NCBI GenBank assembly: GCA_905178155.1
Contig: CAJINV010000007.1
Span: forward strand, 1,186,627 to 1,250,626
DNA length: 64,000 bases
Direction: 5' to 3'
Source: Amoebophrya sp. A120
Taxonomy: Eukaryota; Protista; Dinoflagellata
A model generated the notes under the pieces. It ran no database searches. It was not told the origin of the DNA and worked only from the letters and a program-made list of their open reading frames with translations. The first letter of the stretch is position 1, and each line of letters opens with the position of its first letter. The position numbers and the translations under genes are program-made. Below are positions 1 to 11,858 of this stretch, piece by piece.

Positions 1-96
1 CAGGCTGGCGTTCGTGCTGTAGGTTGTCATACCCATTTTATCGTCGCCCGGGGAGGCCTTCAGCGCCGGCCGACTGTTATCCTCGTCGACTTCCAT
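1..96 (-). CDS. Probable 5' end of a gene running off the left edge (MEVDEDNSRPALKASPGDDK...)
   Basis: ATG at 96, 32 open codons to the window edge, GC-rich compared with the flank, and same strand as neighbouring genes. Confidence 0.35.
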   Translation of the reverse strand, partial: MEVDEDNSRPALKASPGDDKMGMTTYSTNASL

Positions 97-1902
97 GATT
101 TTACTTTCCTAGGAGCTTTTGCTTCCTGCGTGTAAAATTCTGTTTCTCCGCGGGAAACACTTGCGGCAAACAATACTCCTCGCGGCTAACAACTACTTAT
201 AGCTGTCTACTTCATTAATATCGCCTTTCTACTATATTTCATGCAGATATGTGGCTTTTGTTACTATGAAATCACTAGACTGAGTCTAACTCAAAACTGA
301 AACTTGGTCTATGCATGCTACTCGCGCATTCTTTTCCTCTTTGTTCGCTGTCTGTCGTGTTCGCTTTTGCTTCCGATCACTATCTACCGCACCACAAAAG
401 ATCATGCGAACGACGACCATCACTTATCTAAGTAAAGCTAGCCCAGACCACAGGGCGGTTCCATCCCTGTGCCTAGTACTGCACTCCACAAACTTGCTTT
501 GCAGTTTTCTCAATAGTAGTTTTGTGAAATAAATTCAGCTCCTGATCTTGAAGCCGACCGTCCCGCCAGCACGAGTAGAACTCACGTAACGACTTGGAGC
601 ACCATGCAGTACAGATCCTCGCACAACCTTTCCTTTGCAAAATAAATCACATTGTTTTTACTGCTTCTTACTTTTCACCTGAGTAAACGCTTTCTTTCAA
701 AATCGAGACTCGTGCTGGTTCCGATGAAGAAAACACGAAGACACCATTCGATACAACTGGTACAACTGACTCCTGCGCAACATCAATTTTCGCCATAGCT
801 GCTAATCGAAGTACTTATTCCATTCACAATTTCTGGGCACTACTGCAAAGTGCGAGTGCGCGAAATTTGACGACACGACGAAAAAAGTACTTTGTCCAAG
901 ACAGAAGATGACACATACGCCACATACGACCGCTTTAGCTCTTCCAGAGACACAGAGCACTGTACATGACTTGACAAGTCCAACCTGAACCGAATGGAAA
1001 GAACGACGAAAAGGCACAGTGTCGTACTTTTTGCCGCCGCTGTCAGAACTGTGATCGAATTGTCAGCTCGAGTACTATCCTTCACCATGATACAAAGATT
1101 GCCACGATGAATCCTTTCTATTTCTATAATGCACCTATCATGATAATTCCCATCGATAGCGAACAACGCTTCACAGTGCAAGGATCTTCACTTTGCGAGT
1201 ATAAATATCTCCACACAGAAATGCGGAAAGCAAAGGGTCGTGCGCATTTGCGCCACTTGTGAAAAATGTAATTCAAATCAATTTCGGTTCCTCGGGGTGT
1301 TACTTTCTATAAAATGTCCTATGCACGAACAAAAATTTCCGTGTCATTCATCGTGAAAGTACTCGTCTAGCTTACTACTGAGGTAGTTACCAGCGTGGTT
1401 ACCAGTGTGGTGATCAGGCATCGCGTTGCACTTTGGCACCTTGGGATACAAGGCGCAGCAGCAGCCGCAGTGAGTCCTGATCTTCTTGGAACTTTAATTT
1501 TCTCTGTGGGTTCTTTCTTTTTGTATGTTGCTGGCGAAACATCAGCATCAAGAAAAAATATTGTATGTGCTGCGCAAAATGATAAAAAAACTAGATTAGA
1601 TACTTTATCGTGTATGTGCGTGTGAATACATGCTTTGAATTTTGTGCTCTGATGTGTAATCAAACATGGAAAAAACTTATGAAATACAATCTCGTGTGCT
1701 TAATGTATGTGATTTGAAACTTTAGAAAGTTTCACGCGTTACCATCAATCAAACCTTTTTGCCAAGTAGCATAGGCAGTATATGTAAGACGAGGACTTCG
1801 AGCCAGGGTCGGTACTACTCACTCCTACGAGGCGCGGCAGAGTAAGTAGGCCTGCTGCCCTGATGATAATTCAGGATTGACGCATTATCGGCGCAAAAAA
1901 AT

Positions 1903-4900
1903 TTATGTCTGGTTTTTCCGCTTCGCCCGGGCGGCCGCGACTTGGAGGATGATTTCCTCTTCGTCTTCCTCATCCGTGTCGAGATACTCGTAATTGTTGT
2001 ACTCGGGTGCCGCGAGGTATTCCAAATCCCCGTTCTTCAAATACGGGCTCCTGCAGTAATTGTCCAGTTCATCGTCCCCAGGTGTCGCGATCTTCTCGAA
2101 ATGATCTTCGCTACTGGTTCTTCCTGTAGGAGCTCCTTGTTGCGCCGAGGGTCCTCGCCTGTGGCCGTCGTCTTGCTCCACCTTTACTCCAAGACTTGTT
2201 TCCCCTGTGATAATTTTTCCCACCAGCGTTGACAAGAGCCCGCCTGCCGGTGGTGTCGGGGATGAAACGGTGTCCTTTGCAGTTATTTCCGTCGAAAGTA
2301 ACTTCTCGCTGTTCACCGCCTCCCCTTGGATCTCCAGAAATCTATCATGCGATGACTGACTGGACGAAGATTCTCCCGCTTGCTGTCCGAAAAAAGAGGC
2401 GAAAAAAGGCAAAGAGGTCGGCGAAGACCGCGCCGAGGAGAAGCCGGTGCCAGGGGCATGGAAATTCTCAACTACTCCGGAAGCAGATGTTGAGGCGCTT
2501 CTGATGTGTAAACCACTTTGATTTTCCTCCACGCCCAACACTGCTGTGTCGCTGTTCGTGGCGCCGGACGAGGTCGCGCCAAACGTTCCGTAGCTCCAGC
2601 TGCCCAGCTTCACGGGCCGCTTCTCGTCCTTGCCCCGCTGCAAAAGCGCGGAAGAGGTTTCCAGCACCGCAATGGGCAGCGCGTCGCCCTTGCGTATCCC
2701 AAGGAAAAACGTTGCCACCCCACAGATCTTGTCACGCAGATTGGTTCGCATCTACATGAACATTTGCAATGCGCATCCCCATGCGAGTCATTTTTAGTCG
2801 CGTTTTGGCATTTCTAAAGCTGTAGAAAGGATATTCGCTGCACACGCCTATGTGATACGGCTGGCCTTGCTAACCAGCCATGCACTTCTACTGCAGATAC
2901 AGACTTATTTCATGCGTGCTTCCCACACGACCTTGAGAATTTGTGTTGCAGAGATCGTCCTTTCAACCTGACTTTGCATGGAAACAACCACGCTTTTCCT
3001 CAGGATATCGTGGAAGAGACAGTCACCCCCAGTGTCCTCGTCGCTGCTGACCACGCGGTACTCCCGTGGAGTGTAGTGCCGCTGGTTGTAGTACCCCCGA
3101 CTTGTTTATGACAGTGCACAACTCCCCCTCGTCCCCCATTTGTATACATAGCATGAACGGCAATACAAGCATCAGCAAGAATGCCGGTTTTGCATGAAAA
3201 ATTTCCACTGGAGAGTAGTGCCATTCGGGCTACCAGAACTTGTCATGCAAACAACGCCAAGAGGCAAAGGGTGGATTGGGTATATTGCATGACAAATGAG
3301 GGGGAGGGAGGGTTGTGCACTGTCATATTGTACCCGTGGAGCTGCCCCCCGCGCGCGGCCCGGCGGCGCAGAACTTGCGGTAGGCGTGCACGAGCATGCC
3401 AGCCACGAGGAGGAAGACGACCAGGAAGCAGGCGAGCAGCTGTAGAAATTCGCCCCACTGCACCACCTGCGGGTCCAGCGTCGGAAACCCCGGGGACGCC
3501 AGCGCGTACGGACCGGCGGCCGTGGTTGCCTGGTAGGGCCTATCAAAAGTAAAAATGTCTGGGTCTGGAAACTTGTGATGCTGGGTGGCGTCTCATGATG
3601 AGGCTACAAATGCTGGCTCAGCATGACAAGTTTCTGACCTCCTAGGTGTTGCCTATTCTGCATGACAAACTGCGCTTCTGCATCACAGAAAAACGGCGCT
3701 CTTGGGCAACTTGCATAACAGATTTAAGAGTCATGCCAGACAAGCATGACAAACATGAATTCTTCCAGACCCAGACATTTTTACACTTGATAGGGCCGCA
3801 TCTGCACGGACCCCAGCCGGATCGCCGCCCGGGACTATCGAAAGGAAAAATCCCCCCTCCCCACATCAAAACGAAACTTCTGATGCTGGATTTGAGTACA
3901 CAAATCAGGTTTGTATTGCAGGAAAGCACTGCAGTCAGATCCCCAGGCTAGGTAGGGGCGCACGCGTCTAGTTGTTCAGCATGGCAAGCGGCTCCCCTTT
4001 AGGCCCAACAGCATGGCAAATCGCTTCCATAGTGGGGCGGAAGCTTCTGCCCTTGTCTTCTTGCAATACAAATGTGATTTGCGATCTCAAATCAGCAACA
4101 CAAATTTGCGGAAACATACCTTTTCGATATGGGGAGGGGGGATTTTTGCTTTTGATAGGGACTGCCGCTTCGCGATGCGGCTCTTCGTTGTTCCTGCCTT
4201 GATCGATTTTACCGATCCCGCGGAGAATGATTTATTTTTCCCGCTCCGGCTTCCCGGCTGCAACAGGACAGGAAGTCCGGGGGGGAGGGACGAAGACGAC
4301 GATGACGACAAATTGGGAACAACCGCGGCCGCTGCGGGTTCCGCTTTTTCCACGCGCTGCCAGAAAGAGAGAAAGGAACTTGAAGGATTAGCGCCTCCCG
4401 GACCTCTGGGTTGTTCTTGTAAAGTACTGCTGCCTTCCTCGAGACTACCATGGTCTCCCACGTCTGCTCCCATTTCATCGTGTGGGTCGGCGGAGGGTGC
4501 AGGTGGACTCGCGGAGGTCGGCGGTTCCGTGGTGGTCACCGGTTCCGTGGTGGTCACCGGTTCTGCGGTAGCCGTCTGAAACTGGGCGTTGATCGCTTCC
4601 TTGGATTCTTCAAATTCCTTCATCGTCAACCCCTCGACTTCGTTATTAAAGAACGACTCCAACGTTCCTCTCGGCCATTCATTTTCATCTTCCAAGATAG
4701 CGCGCTCACTGTAACTCAGCACCCACCCCTTGTCGGTCGCGAGGAAGTTCGTTTGCTCCTTCACGAGCGCCTCGTCTTTGAAATCAATCCTCGTGTGTGT
4801 GCTCTTATGCAGTGCAAAAGTCTACCGAACTAGTACTGAAAATTTTAGAATACAATTTGAATTTTATTATCCAAAAAGCAAAATAAACGGAGTTCTGCTG

Positions 4901-7900
4901 ATTCCGGTACCGAAAAAAGACGATCTGTCATGTTCATGCTGCAAGCGGAGTAGGAGCACGCAGCAAAACATCTTTATAATCATTTATTACCAGTACAAGG
5001 AACGATATTACTTTTGCATTGCATAGGTCTCCTCGATCTTCCAGTGGGCTTTGGAGTTCCCCTCAAAGTCCGCTTCCAGGTACCACTTTCCATTTTGCAT
5101 GTCGTACGCCAGGAAGCTGGCCGACGAAACCGTGGACTCCCCATTCTCGTCGAGTTGCACGCACCCCCCGTTCGCAGCGAAGCTGGACTGTAAGACAAAG
5201 CGGTTTTCCTCAGAAGCGTGTTCATCTGCTGTCCTCCCCGCCATGTGCCGGACCCGCCACACCGTTTCTTCCATCCCAGTCAACTGGGGCACTGCGTCGG
5301 CACCCTGTTCGACAACGGGGCCGATCTCGTCGAAGACACACGCCCCGTCTTCCGTCCGCATATCAAATGCAAATATCGATCTGGGTCTGGAAGGTCGTCA
5401 TGCTATTGACAGAGGAAGCCCACACTGACGCGAGTAGCAGCCACTGATGAGAAACTGTTGAGCGGTTTTGTCCGACATCACCGCTCAACAGTTTGTCATG
5501 CAAACCTGCCTTTTTGCATAACATCAGCAGAAGCTGCTTTTTTGCATATACAGAGAACGAGAAACGTTCCGCAGTGTGAAGAGCATCCACTACAGAAGTG
5601 CGGAGAGAGTATACAAGTTGAGCCTTGTAAATTTTTGCAATCGTCTTCCAGACCCAGGCACATTTGCAGGGTGGATACCGCAACGACAAATACGAAACTT
5701 TATCGTCTCCGGTGTCCACGCGAAATCGAAACCCCTGGTTCTCAATGTCCGGCTCGATGATCACATTTTCCAGCTGAGCTTGTGCGTCAGTCGGAAGAAA
5801 ACTTAGCGAGAGCGTGTACTTGGCAAACTGGTGTCGAAAGCTCTCGGGCCCCAGATAGCCCCCGGCGGCCGGAGAAAACTGGAAGTGCGCGTAGTCGTGG
5901 TAGTAGTGGTACGGGACAACATGCCAATGGGCGGTCGAAGGCAGGGGCGCGAGGGGGTTGCTTTGCTTCTCAACGAGCTTCAGGCCGTCACTCTCGTTGA
6001 TGTCGAGGAAGCGGCTCGGAAACTTTACGGACTCGAAAGTCAACGCACCATGTTCCCCGTCGTGGTGGATGCGCCACTGGTAGTGCGGAAGCAAGACATC
6101 TGTCACATCGGCGTTTGACTTGGTCGTCGCGAACTGGTCATTGCTGGCAAACAGCGCATCTGACCAGACGTCCTCCCCGCCACTCGTGCGCCGCACCTTG
6201 TAGACCAGTTCAACCGGTAACTTGCCCGCGCTTGTACCGGCCTGCGGCTCTCGCAGCATGGGCTGCACGTACCACTGCGCGGAATCGTTTTCGTGGGCAC
6301 CTACTTGCAACCCCGGTTCGCCCTGTTTCTGCAGGAAGGCCCCATCCAAGAAGTTGCGCCGCAGACAGGCCAGCCGGGTCCGGTCGCTGCAGAGCAGGAC
6401 TGGGCGCTCCGGGATAACGTGCAGTGGGAGTAGCGTGGCCCGGAATTCGGCCCGGGCGCTGGCCGGGGCGCTTGCCACGTCCCGGGGGGTGGTAGTCGAA
6501 ATTTCCACTCCGCAGAGCATGAGGATGGCGCCGTCCTTTTTGCCCCCGGCGCGCTCGAAATTCGGCTTGAAAATCTTGATCGCGTGCACGTTTTGTCCGA
6601 CGCGAAAAGTCTTGCCCGCGTCCGTCACATCCTCCCAATCGGAGTCATCGCCAATCGTTGTCCACCTTCGACCATCTCCCGCCTCGTTATTCGTCACCTG
6701 GAGCTGTACCCCCCCGCGGGAAAGCCGCTCTGTTGCCTTTGAAAATGCCTCTGGTAAATTTTCTGCATTTTGAACTTTTTCCCGGTTGTAAATGCGGATG
6801 TCCGGGACAAAATGCGAGCTCTTCAACTCGACCTTCCACCAACTGTGTTCCTTGTCCTGATGAAAATCCGGCACAGCAATGGCGCACGGGTACCGATCGT
6901 CCCGGCTGTCTAGCGTGTCAGGATCCCGCACGGTAGTTCCGCGAAAGAGCAACGGGTTTTTCTCATCTGCCTTCTTGGGAACATCAAAGAGAGGTAGGTC
7001 GGCGTACTCCGTCTTGTTGTAGATACCTTGATAGCGCATGTTGTCGTTTCGTTGCCAGCCGTCCAGTGAGTTACTCTGTGCCACTTCTGTGATCTCGTCG
7101 AAGTCCAGCCGCCGCCGAAACGTTGCGTCATATTGCGGCGATTTTGGGTCGTAGCAGTGCTCGGGCAGCGTGTTGGAGTCGTAGCGCGTGCCAGGCAAGA
7201 GCACTTTGGTATCTCGCCCGGCATTGTCCCCACCTTTCGGCGTCTCGTATTCCTCCTTCACAGTCAGGTCGCCTTTCACATTCACCACGGTACAGTAATC
7301 CTTCTTGGCGGGGTCCACCTTGCCATACAGGTCGCAGACCGCGAGCATGCCCCTGTTCAGCGCGGACCGGCACACGCGGTGTTCGAACTGCGGACCGCAC
7401 CGGTTGTGCGCGTCACTTCGAAGGGGGCAGGCCGCCAGCTTGTCCGAGTCGGACCCGGTTCTGGCCGAGGTGCCGGCGGTGAACTTCACGGTGGTCGCGG
7501 AGAGACGCTGCGGCTCCCAGGTGGCGTCCGGCGAAGCGGCGCTCTCGGGATTGCGCCGCCACTGACGCGGCGCGCACTCCACATTTGGTATCTTCGAGTT
7601 CGAACCCTCTCCCCCCGGCACGTGGCGGAGCAGGCACAGGTCGGGCCGCTGCCGGCTCAGTGCCTGCAGCTCGTAGCCGGCGCCGCCGTGAGAGGCGCCG
7701 ACCCGGCGGACCAGCCAGGACGCGTGGTGCAAAGTGGTGAACGACCCGCCTGCCAGATCCACCTCCTGCCATTGCAACTCGTCCGATCCTCCGGTGAAGC
7801 CCAGCCGTCTCACCTTCGGATTCGTCCCCGGTTGTTCCGTAGCGCCTGGGAAGTCGATCAAGGCAAAGGCGGCGGGCACACTGGGACTCGACGGGAGCAG

Positions 7901-10900
7901 CTCGGGGAGGAAGTGCTTGTGCTTGGCGGCGTAGTCCGCGAGGGGGCGCAGGGCGGGCAGTGTGGGACGCGTGTCGACGAGCCGTTCGTGGGTGGCGGCG
8001 GTGGCGGGGTGGGCCGGGTCCGCCCAGCTCCACGCGCTGCGCACGTACACGGCGGGGGTGGTGGCGCCCCGCGCGCCGACGTGGAGCGGCTCGCCGAACC
8101 GGGTGAGCTGGCCGTCGGTGAGCCGCTGCAGCCCCAAGAGCATGCCCCCGCCCCCCTCCGCGCCGCACCCGCTAGTATCCGCGCGCAGGAGGCGGAACAG
8201 CGTGCCCGGCTGGTGTTGCTCGGTCGTGAGCCAGGGCAGTCCATACTTCGTGACTTGCGCGCCGACCTGGTTCCCAGGGTCGCCCACGCCATCGACCAAA
8301 AGCTGTCCCAGCCCCTGCTTGGCGCCCCCATGCTCCCCGCCCTTCAAATCGTTCGCCAAGCCGTAGCCGTTCTGCACGGCCACCAGTTGCGCACCCGTGC
8401 TGTCCGCGCCGAAGGGCTGGAGCCGCCAGCGGCTGAGACTGACCTCCTGCGCGTCCACCAAATCGTGCCGGCGGTCGAACCGCACCTCGGCCATCGCCTC
8501 GGCGCTCTTGCGGGTCAGAAACCGCCCGCCGGCCGTGTCGCCCGCGGACACCAGCGCAACCCAGTCGCGCACCCCGGCGTGCCCGAGGAAGGACACGCCC
8601 GTCACCTCCTCCGCCGCCAGCCGGCGCAGCGTGCCCGCGTGCTGCTTCCCCCGCCCGAACACCAGTTCGGCCGCAAACAGCTCCCGCAGGAAAAACTTGT
8701 CCGCGTCTTCCAACAGCCGATGCACCGTCATCACCAGTTCCGGGTCCCGACCGTCCGCCAGAGCATTTCGGATCTGTTCCGGCACCGTACACACGTACGC
8801 GTCCAAATCCAGCTGACCCGTGAGCCGGTCTTCGGACGCGGCCACGTAAGTCGCGACGGCCTTGGCGAACTTTTCTCCGAGCAGCTCACTCAGCATCCGG
8901 TGCGTGTGTGTGTGCAGGGCCCCGCCGACCAGATCCTTCATCGGCTGCAAGACGGTCGCGCGCACATACTTCTCGAACACCAAGTTGTCGAACAGCAAGC
9001 TCTATGCAATGCAAAAATGTCGTGGGTCTGGGATGAACTGGTGATGCGAGGAAGCGAATAGTGAGCGCACTGCATTCATGCGCTGCAAAGCATGACAAGT
9101 AGTTTTTCCGTGGTTCTGAGTTGCTTACCACGCATGAGAAACTGCGTTTTTGCATGACAGGCAAGAGGGGCCCTTTGCGGCCACGCAATACAGAATTCAG
9201 AGTCATGCCAGAGCAGCATGACAAACACAAACCGCGCAATCTCCCCGAGCCAGACATATTTGCAATTGATAAGTTCGGCTTCAGGGGCATCTTCGCCGCC
9301 ACCTGGTCAGGCACATACTGCACAATGTCCGCGACTGAGTGCGTGATATCGGCTGGAGCAACCGTGGCAGGGGAGGGGGCAGGTGCAGCAGGCGAGGGGG
9401 CAGGTGCAGCAGGGGCAGGTGCTGGCACAATGAGCGGCAGCCGCACGCGGCCGCTGCTGTTTTTGTCTTCGCACCTCTGCATCGCGACACGGCAGGAACG
9501 ACAATCGTGCTTGTTCTTTAGGAATGGTCCCATCCCAAATACTGGCTGACCCGTGCGAAAGTCTTCTCCAACCTTTTGTCTTATTTCTTTCGGCCCGTAA
9601 TAGGTCCACATTCCCATGTCAGCGTCGTAGCAATCGTCCCTGTGCGCGGTGGCCGAATCACCTGCTGGTGGCGTTAGCGGACAGCCAAACTCCTGGTAGC
9701 ACTGCTCTTTCTGCGCGGTCAACGCCGTTTCGTACTGCTCGAGAGACATGACCGCGGGAGCAGGAATTTTTGCCTTGGCTGCGGCCGCGTAGAGGCTTTC
9801 TTGCGTCGTGCGTTTGGCTGAGTCCAGCAGGCTGCCGCGCGGGTACCAACCATTGTGGCTGAGCGTGGGGGCGGAGGACTCCTGTCCCTTTCCCGTGCTG
9901 GTCGCCGGCTCCAGCTGCAGCAGGTCGGAGAGGCTGCGGTAGGTGCCGCCACTCCAGGACAAGGTGGCGCGGCCCTGCTGCCACGGGTTCTCGCTGTTCG
10001 GATCGTCCACCAAGTCCGCCTGCAGCCGGTGCTCGTGCGTTGCTTCCGTCAGCTGTGCGGCTTTCTGCAACACCTTACCCCCCACGCTCTCCCGCTGGAC
10101 GTGGTGAGAGGTTGATGCACCCTCAGCACCATTACCATTCCCGCCATTTATCTCCTGTCGAAAGCGGAAGCTTCCCATTCTTCTCCGTTGTGCTCGTTCA
10201 AGAATCCGGCTGTCGCTCACCCTCTGCTGCTCCTCGTATTGTGAGGAAAAATCCCCCCTCCCCATATTATTGAGAAGGCATTCTTCTGAAAACTTGCGAC
10301 GCAGATTTGCGGTCGCAAATCGTTTCTGTCTTGCAAGAAGGCATCAAGCGCTGAAGTCGTACTTATGCGCCGCATTATGGAGGCGATTCTTCATGCTTTT
10401 GGGCCTGCAGGCCAGGCGTTTCCCATGCTAAACAGCTAGACCGTTTTTACGTTCCCAAACAGACCGGGGGTCTGGCTGCACTTCCTTGCAGCAAGACTGT
10501 GCACAACTTACGCAAATCTAGGTCTAGCATCAGAAATTTTGTTTTTGATGTAGGGACCAGGGGGGATTTTTCACTGGGATAGCTCGGCTACATACTTGAT
10601 CTGCTTCTTTATAAGTTCCTCGCTGCACGACTCTTCTTTGAAATCGTCTTCCCTTTTCTTCTCGTACAAGCACTGTTTCAACTTCTTCTCGAATTCCTCT
10701 TGCAGATGAAAGCAGCGCTCCGAATAGGAATGCCAAGTGGATGAACTCCAAAGTCGGTGCTCCACCTTTTTTTCCCCCGTCTTCCACTGGATGCCCCCCT
10801 TCTCATTGTAAGTGTGGCAATCGTTCCACACTTCGTCAAACCCCTTTCCGAAATCCCCCTTGCTGAACAAAGTTCCGATACCACGGCCGACACTATGGAT

Positions 10901-11065
10901 CGCGTGCCCGACCGTCGAAAAAACTGGTTTATGAAACTCTGGGCCGCCAAGAGCCCCACTAATTTTGCTCGCAGCATAAGTAACGCCAGCACCAAGAACA
11001 CCGACACCAGCAGCAGTAGTTGCGACGGCTGCCGCAATAGCCCCGAGTGCCGCGAAAATAGGCAT
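1903..11065 (-). CDS. ~2287-aa multi-exon membrane/surface protein with a discoidin/F5-8-like (fucolectin-like) domain, beta-trefoil-like repeats and a C-proximal TM helix
   Basis: ORFs 10571-11065, 8886-10265, 5363-8998, 5008-5361, 4087-4764 and 1903-2751 join in frame when 8 TIR elements plus one TSD each are removed (9163-2299=6864 nt = 2288 codons). Motifs: SWWKVELKSSHFVPDIRIYNR...LMLCGVEI (F5/8-like), QWRIHHDGEHGALTFESVKFPSRFL (trefoil-like), and TM FLQLLACFLVVFLLVAGMLVHAY. Domain names are by eye. Confidence 0.8.
2695..3007. mobile_element. Degenerate TIR introner
   Basis: tatcccaaggaaaaacgt...acgcttttcctcaggata; flanks ttgcg/tcgtg; removal restores frame. Confidence 0.7.
3107..3327. 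mobile_element. TIR introner
   Basis: tatgacagtgcacaac...gttgtgcactgtcata; TSD ttgtt/ttgta; frame restored. Confidence 0.85.
3541..3792. mobile_element. TIR introner, family A (GTCTGGGTCTGG), 252 bp
   Basis: ~30-bp TIR; perfect TSD gggcc; ~95% identical to 45271-45522 (13 differences by hand count). Confidence 0.95.
3836..4157. mobile_element. TIR introner, family B (AAAAATCCCCC)
   Basis: tatcgaaaggaaaaatccccc...ggggatttttgcttttgata; perfect TSD gggac. Confidence 0.93.
4806..5025. mobile_element. TIR introner (AT-rich interior)
   Basis: tatgcagtgcaaaagt...acttttgcattgcata; TSD gctct/ggtct; frame restored. Confidence 0.85.
5361..5677. mobile_element. TIR introner, family A-like
   Basis: Perfect TSD ccgca; joins SLR to TEDGAC in frame. 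Confidence 0.9.
9003..9271. mobile_element. TIR introner, family A-like
   Basis: TSD agctc/agttc; joins KPN to LLFDNL in frame. Confidence 0.9.
10237..10581. mobile_element. TIR introner, family B
   Basis: TSD cctcg/gctcg; joins YVAE to EQQR in frame. Confidence 0.88.
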
Positions 11066-11858
11066 AGTTTCGACGACTCTTTGTAGTTGTAAACAGATTC
11101 AAAATAACAAGGGTGCAGTTGCTTTACTCACCAGCTTTGTTTTCCCACACTGACTTGTTCTCCGCGCCGGGTGGCAAACAGGATAATTGGGGTAATCGTA
11201 ATCATCATGGAGCAATTCCTGGAGACTTTATATCAGCATAGTACAACTCTTCCTTACATACAATACATACTACTCGATAGCGGAGGAGTAAAGGTCGTTT
11301 TATCTGCTGCGACAGTTGTGGACGATTACACGTTGTGGGCGAAAAAAATGCGAAAAATTTTGACGAAACGAGATAGAACGAGTGAAAACATATGCAGCGA
11401 GTACGAAACCGAAGATGTGCATTTTCCATGATGCAGCAAACAAACAGAAGAACCTCTGAGGTCAGTGGGAGGTGGATGGGACGAAACTACAATAAAAGCG
11501 TGCACGACGGACCGATCATGAAGTTGCATCTGAATATGGTGTGCTGGCGAAGTCGCGTGTCTGAAGAAACTTCTTCCTACGAAGTGGCACACTTTTCCGT
11601 GCTACGACTTTATTACAGGGAACAATGTATCTGTGCAGCTTCGAAAGCAGCGACAACGGGACGAAACCCGGCGACCGACACAACTGTTGGTACCCTTATT
11701 CATCCTGTTACACGACACTAAAACGGGCTCGAATATGCTTAGCCACGCTAAGATGAACAGTATCTTCTCGAGGACCACCGACGACAAGCTCTTTGTCGAC
11801 GACTTTGAATCAATCACAGAACAAGCAAAAAGTAGTACTACCTAGTAGTGGAACATCA

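Noticed and set aside
3642-3951. Recurrent peptides KCKNVWVWK / NAKMSGSG / FQTQTFLHL in many ORFs, read as a protein repeat family
   Set aside because: They are translations of the family A TIR in different frames, not protein motifs.
7133-9061. 642-aa plus-strand ORF, and similar ones at 12397-13869, 45376-46272 and 52473-53762
   Set aside because: Antisense shadows of GC-rich minus-strand coding sequence with no recognisable motifs.
1903-11065. Reading the fragmented ORFs as pseudogenes disrupted by MITEs
   Set aside because: Exons have no stops or frameshifts apart from the elements, and conserved genes (TMTC, cyclophilin) show the same pattern with intact motifs.
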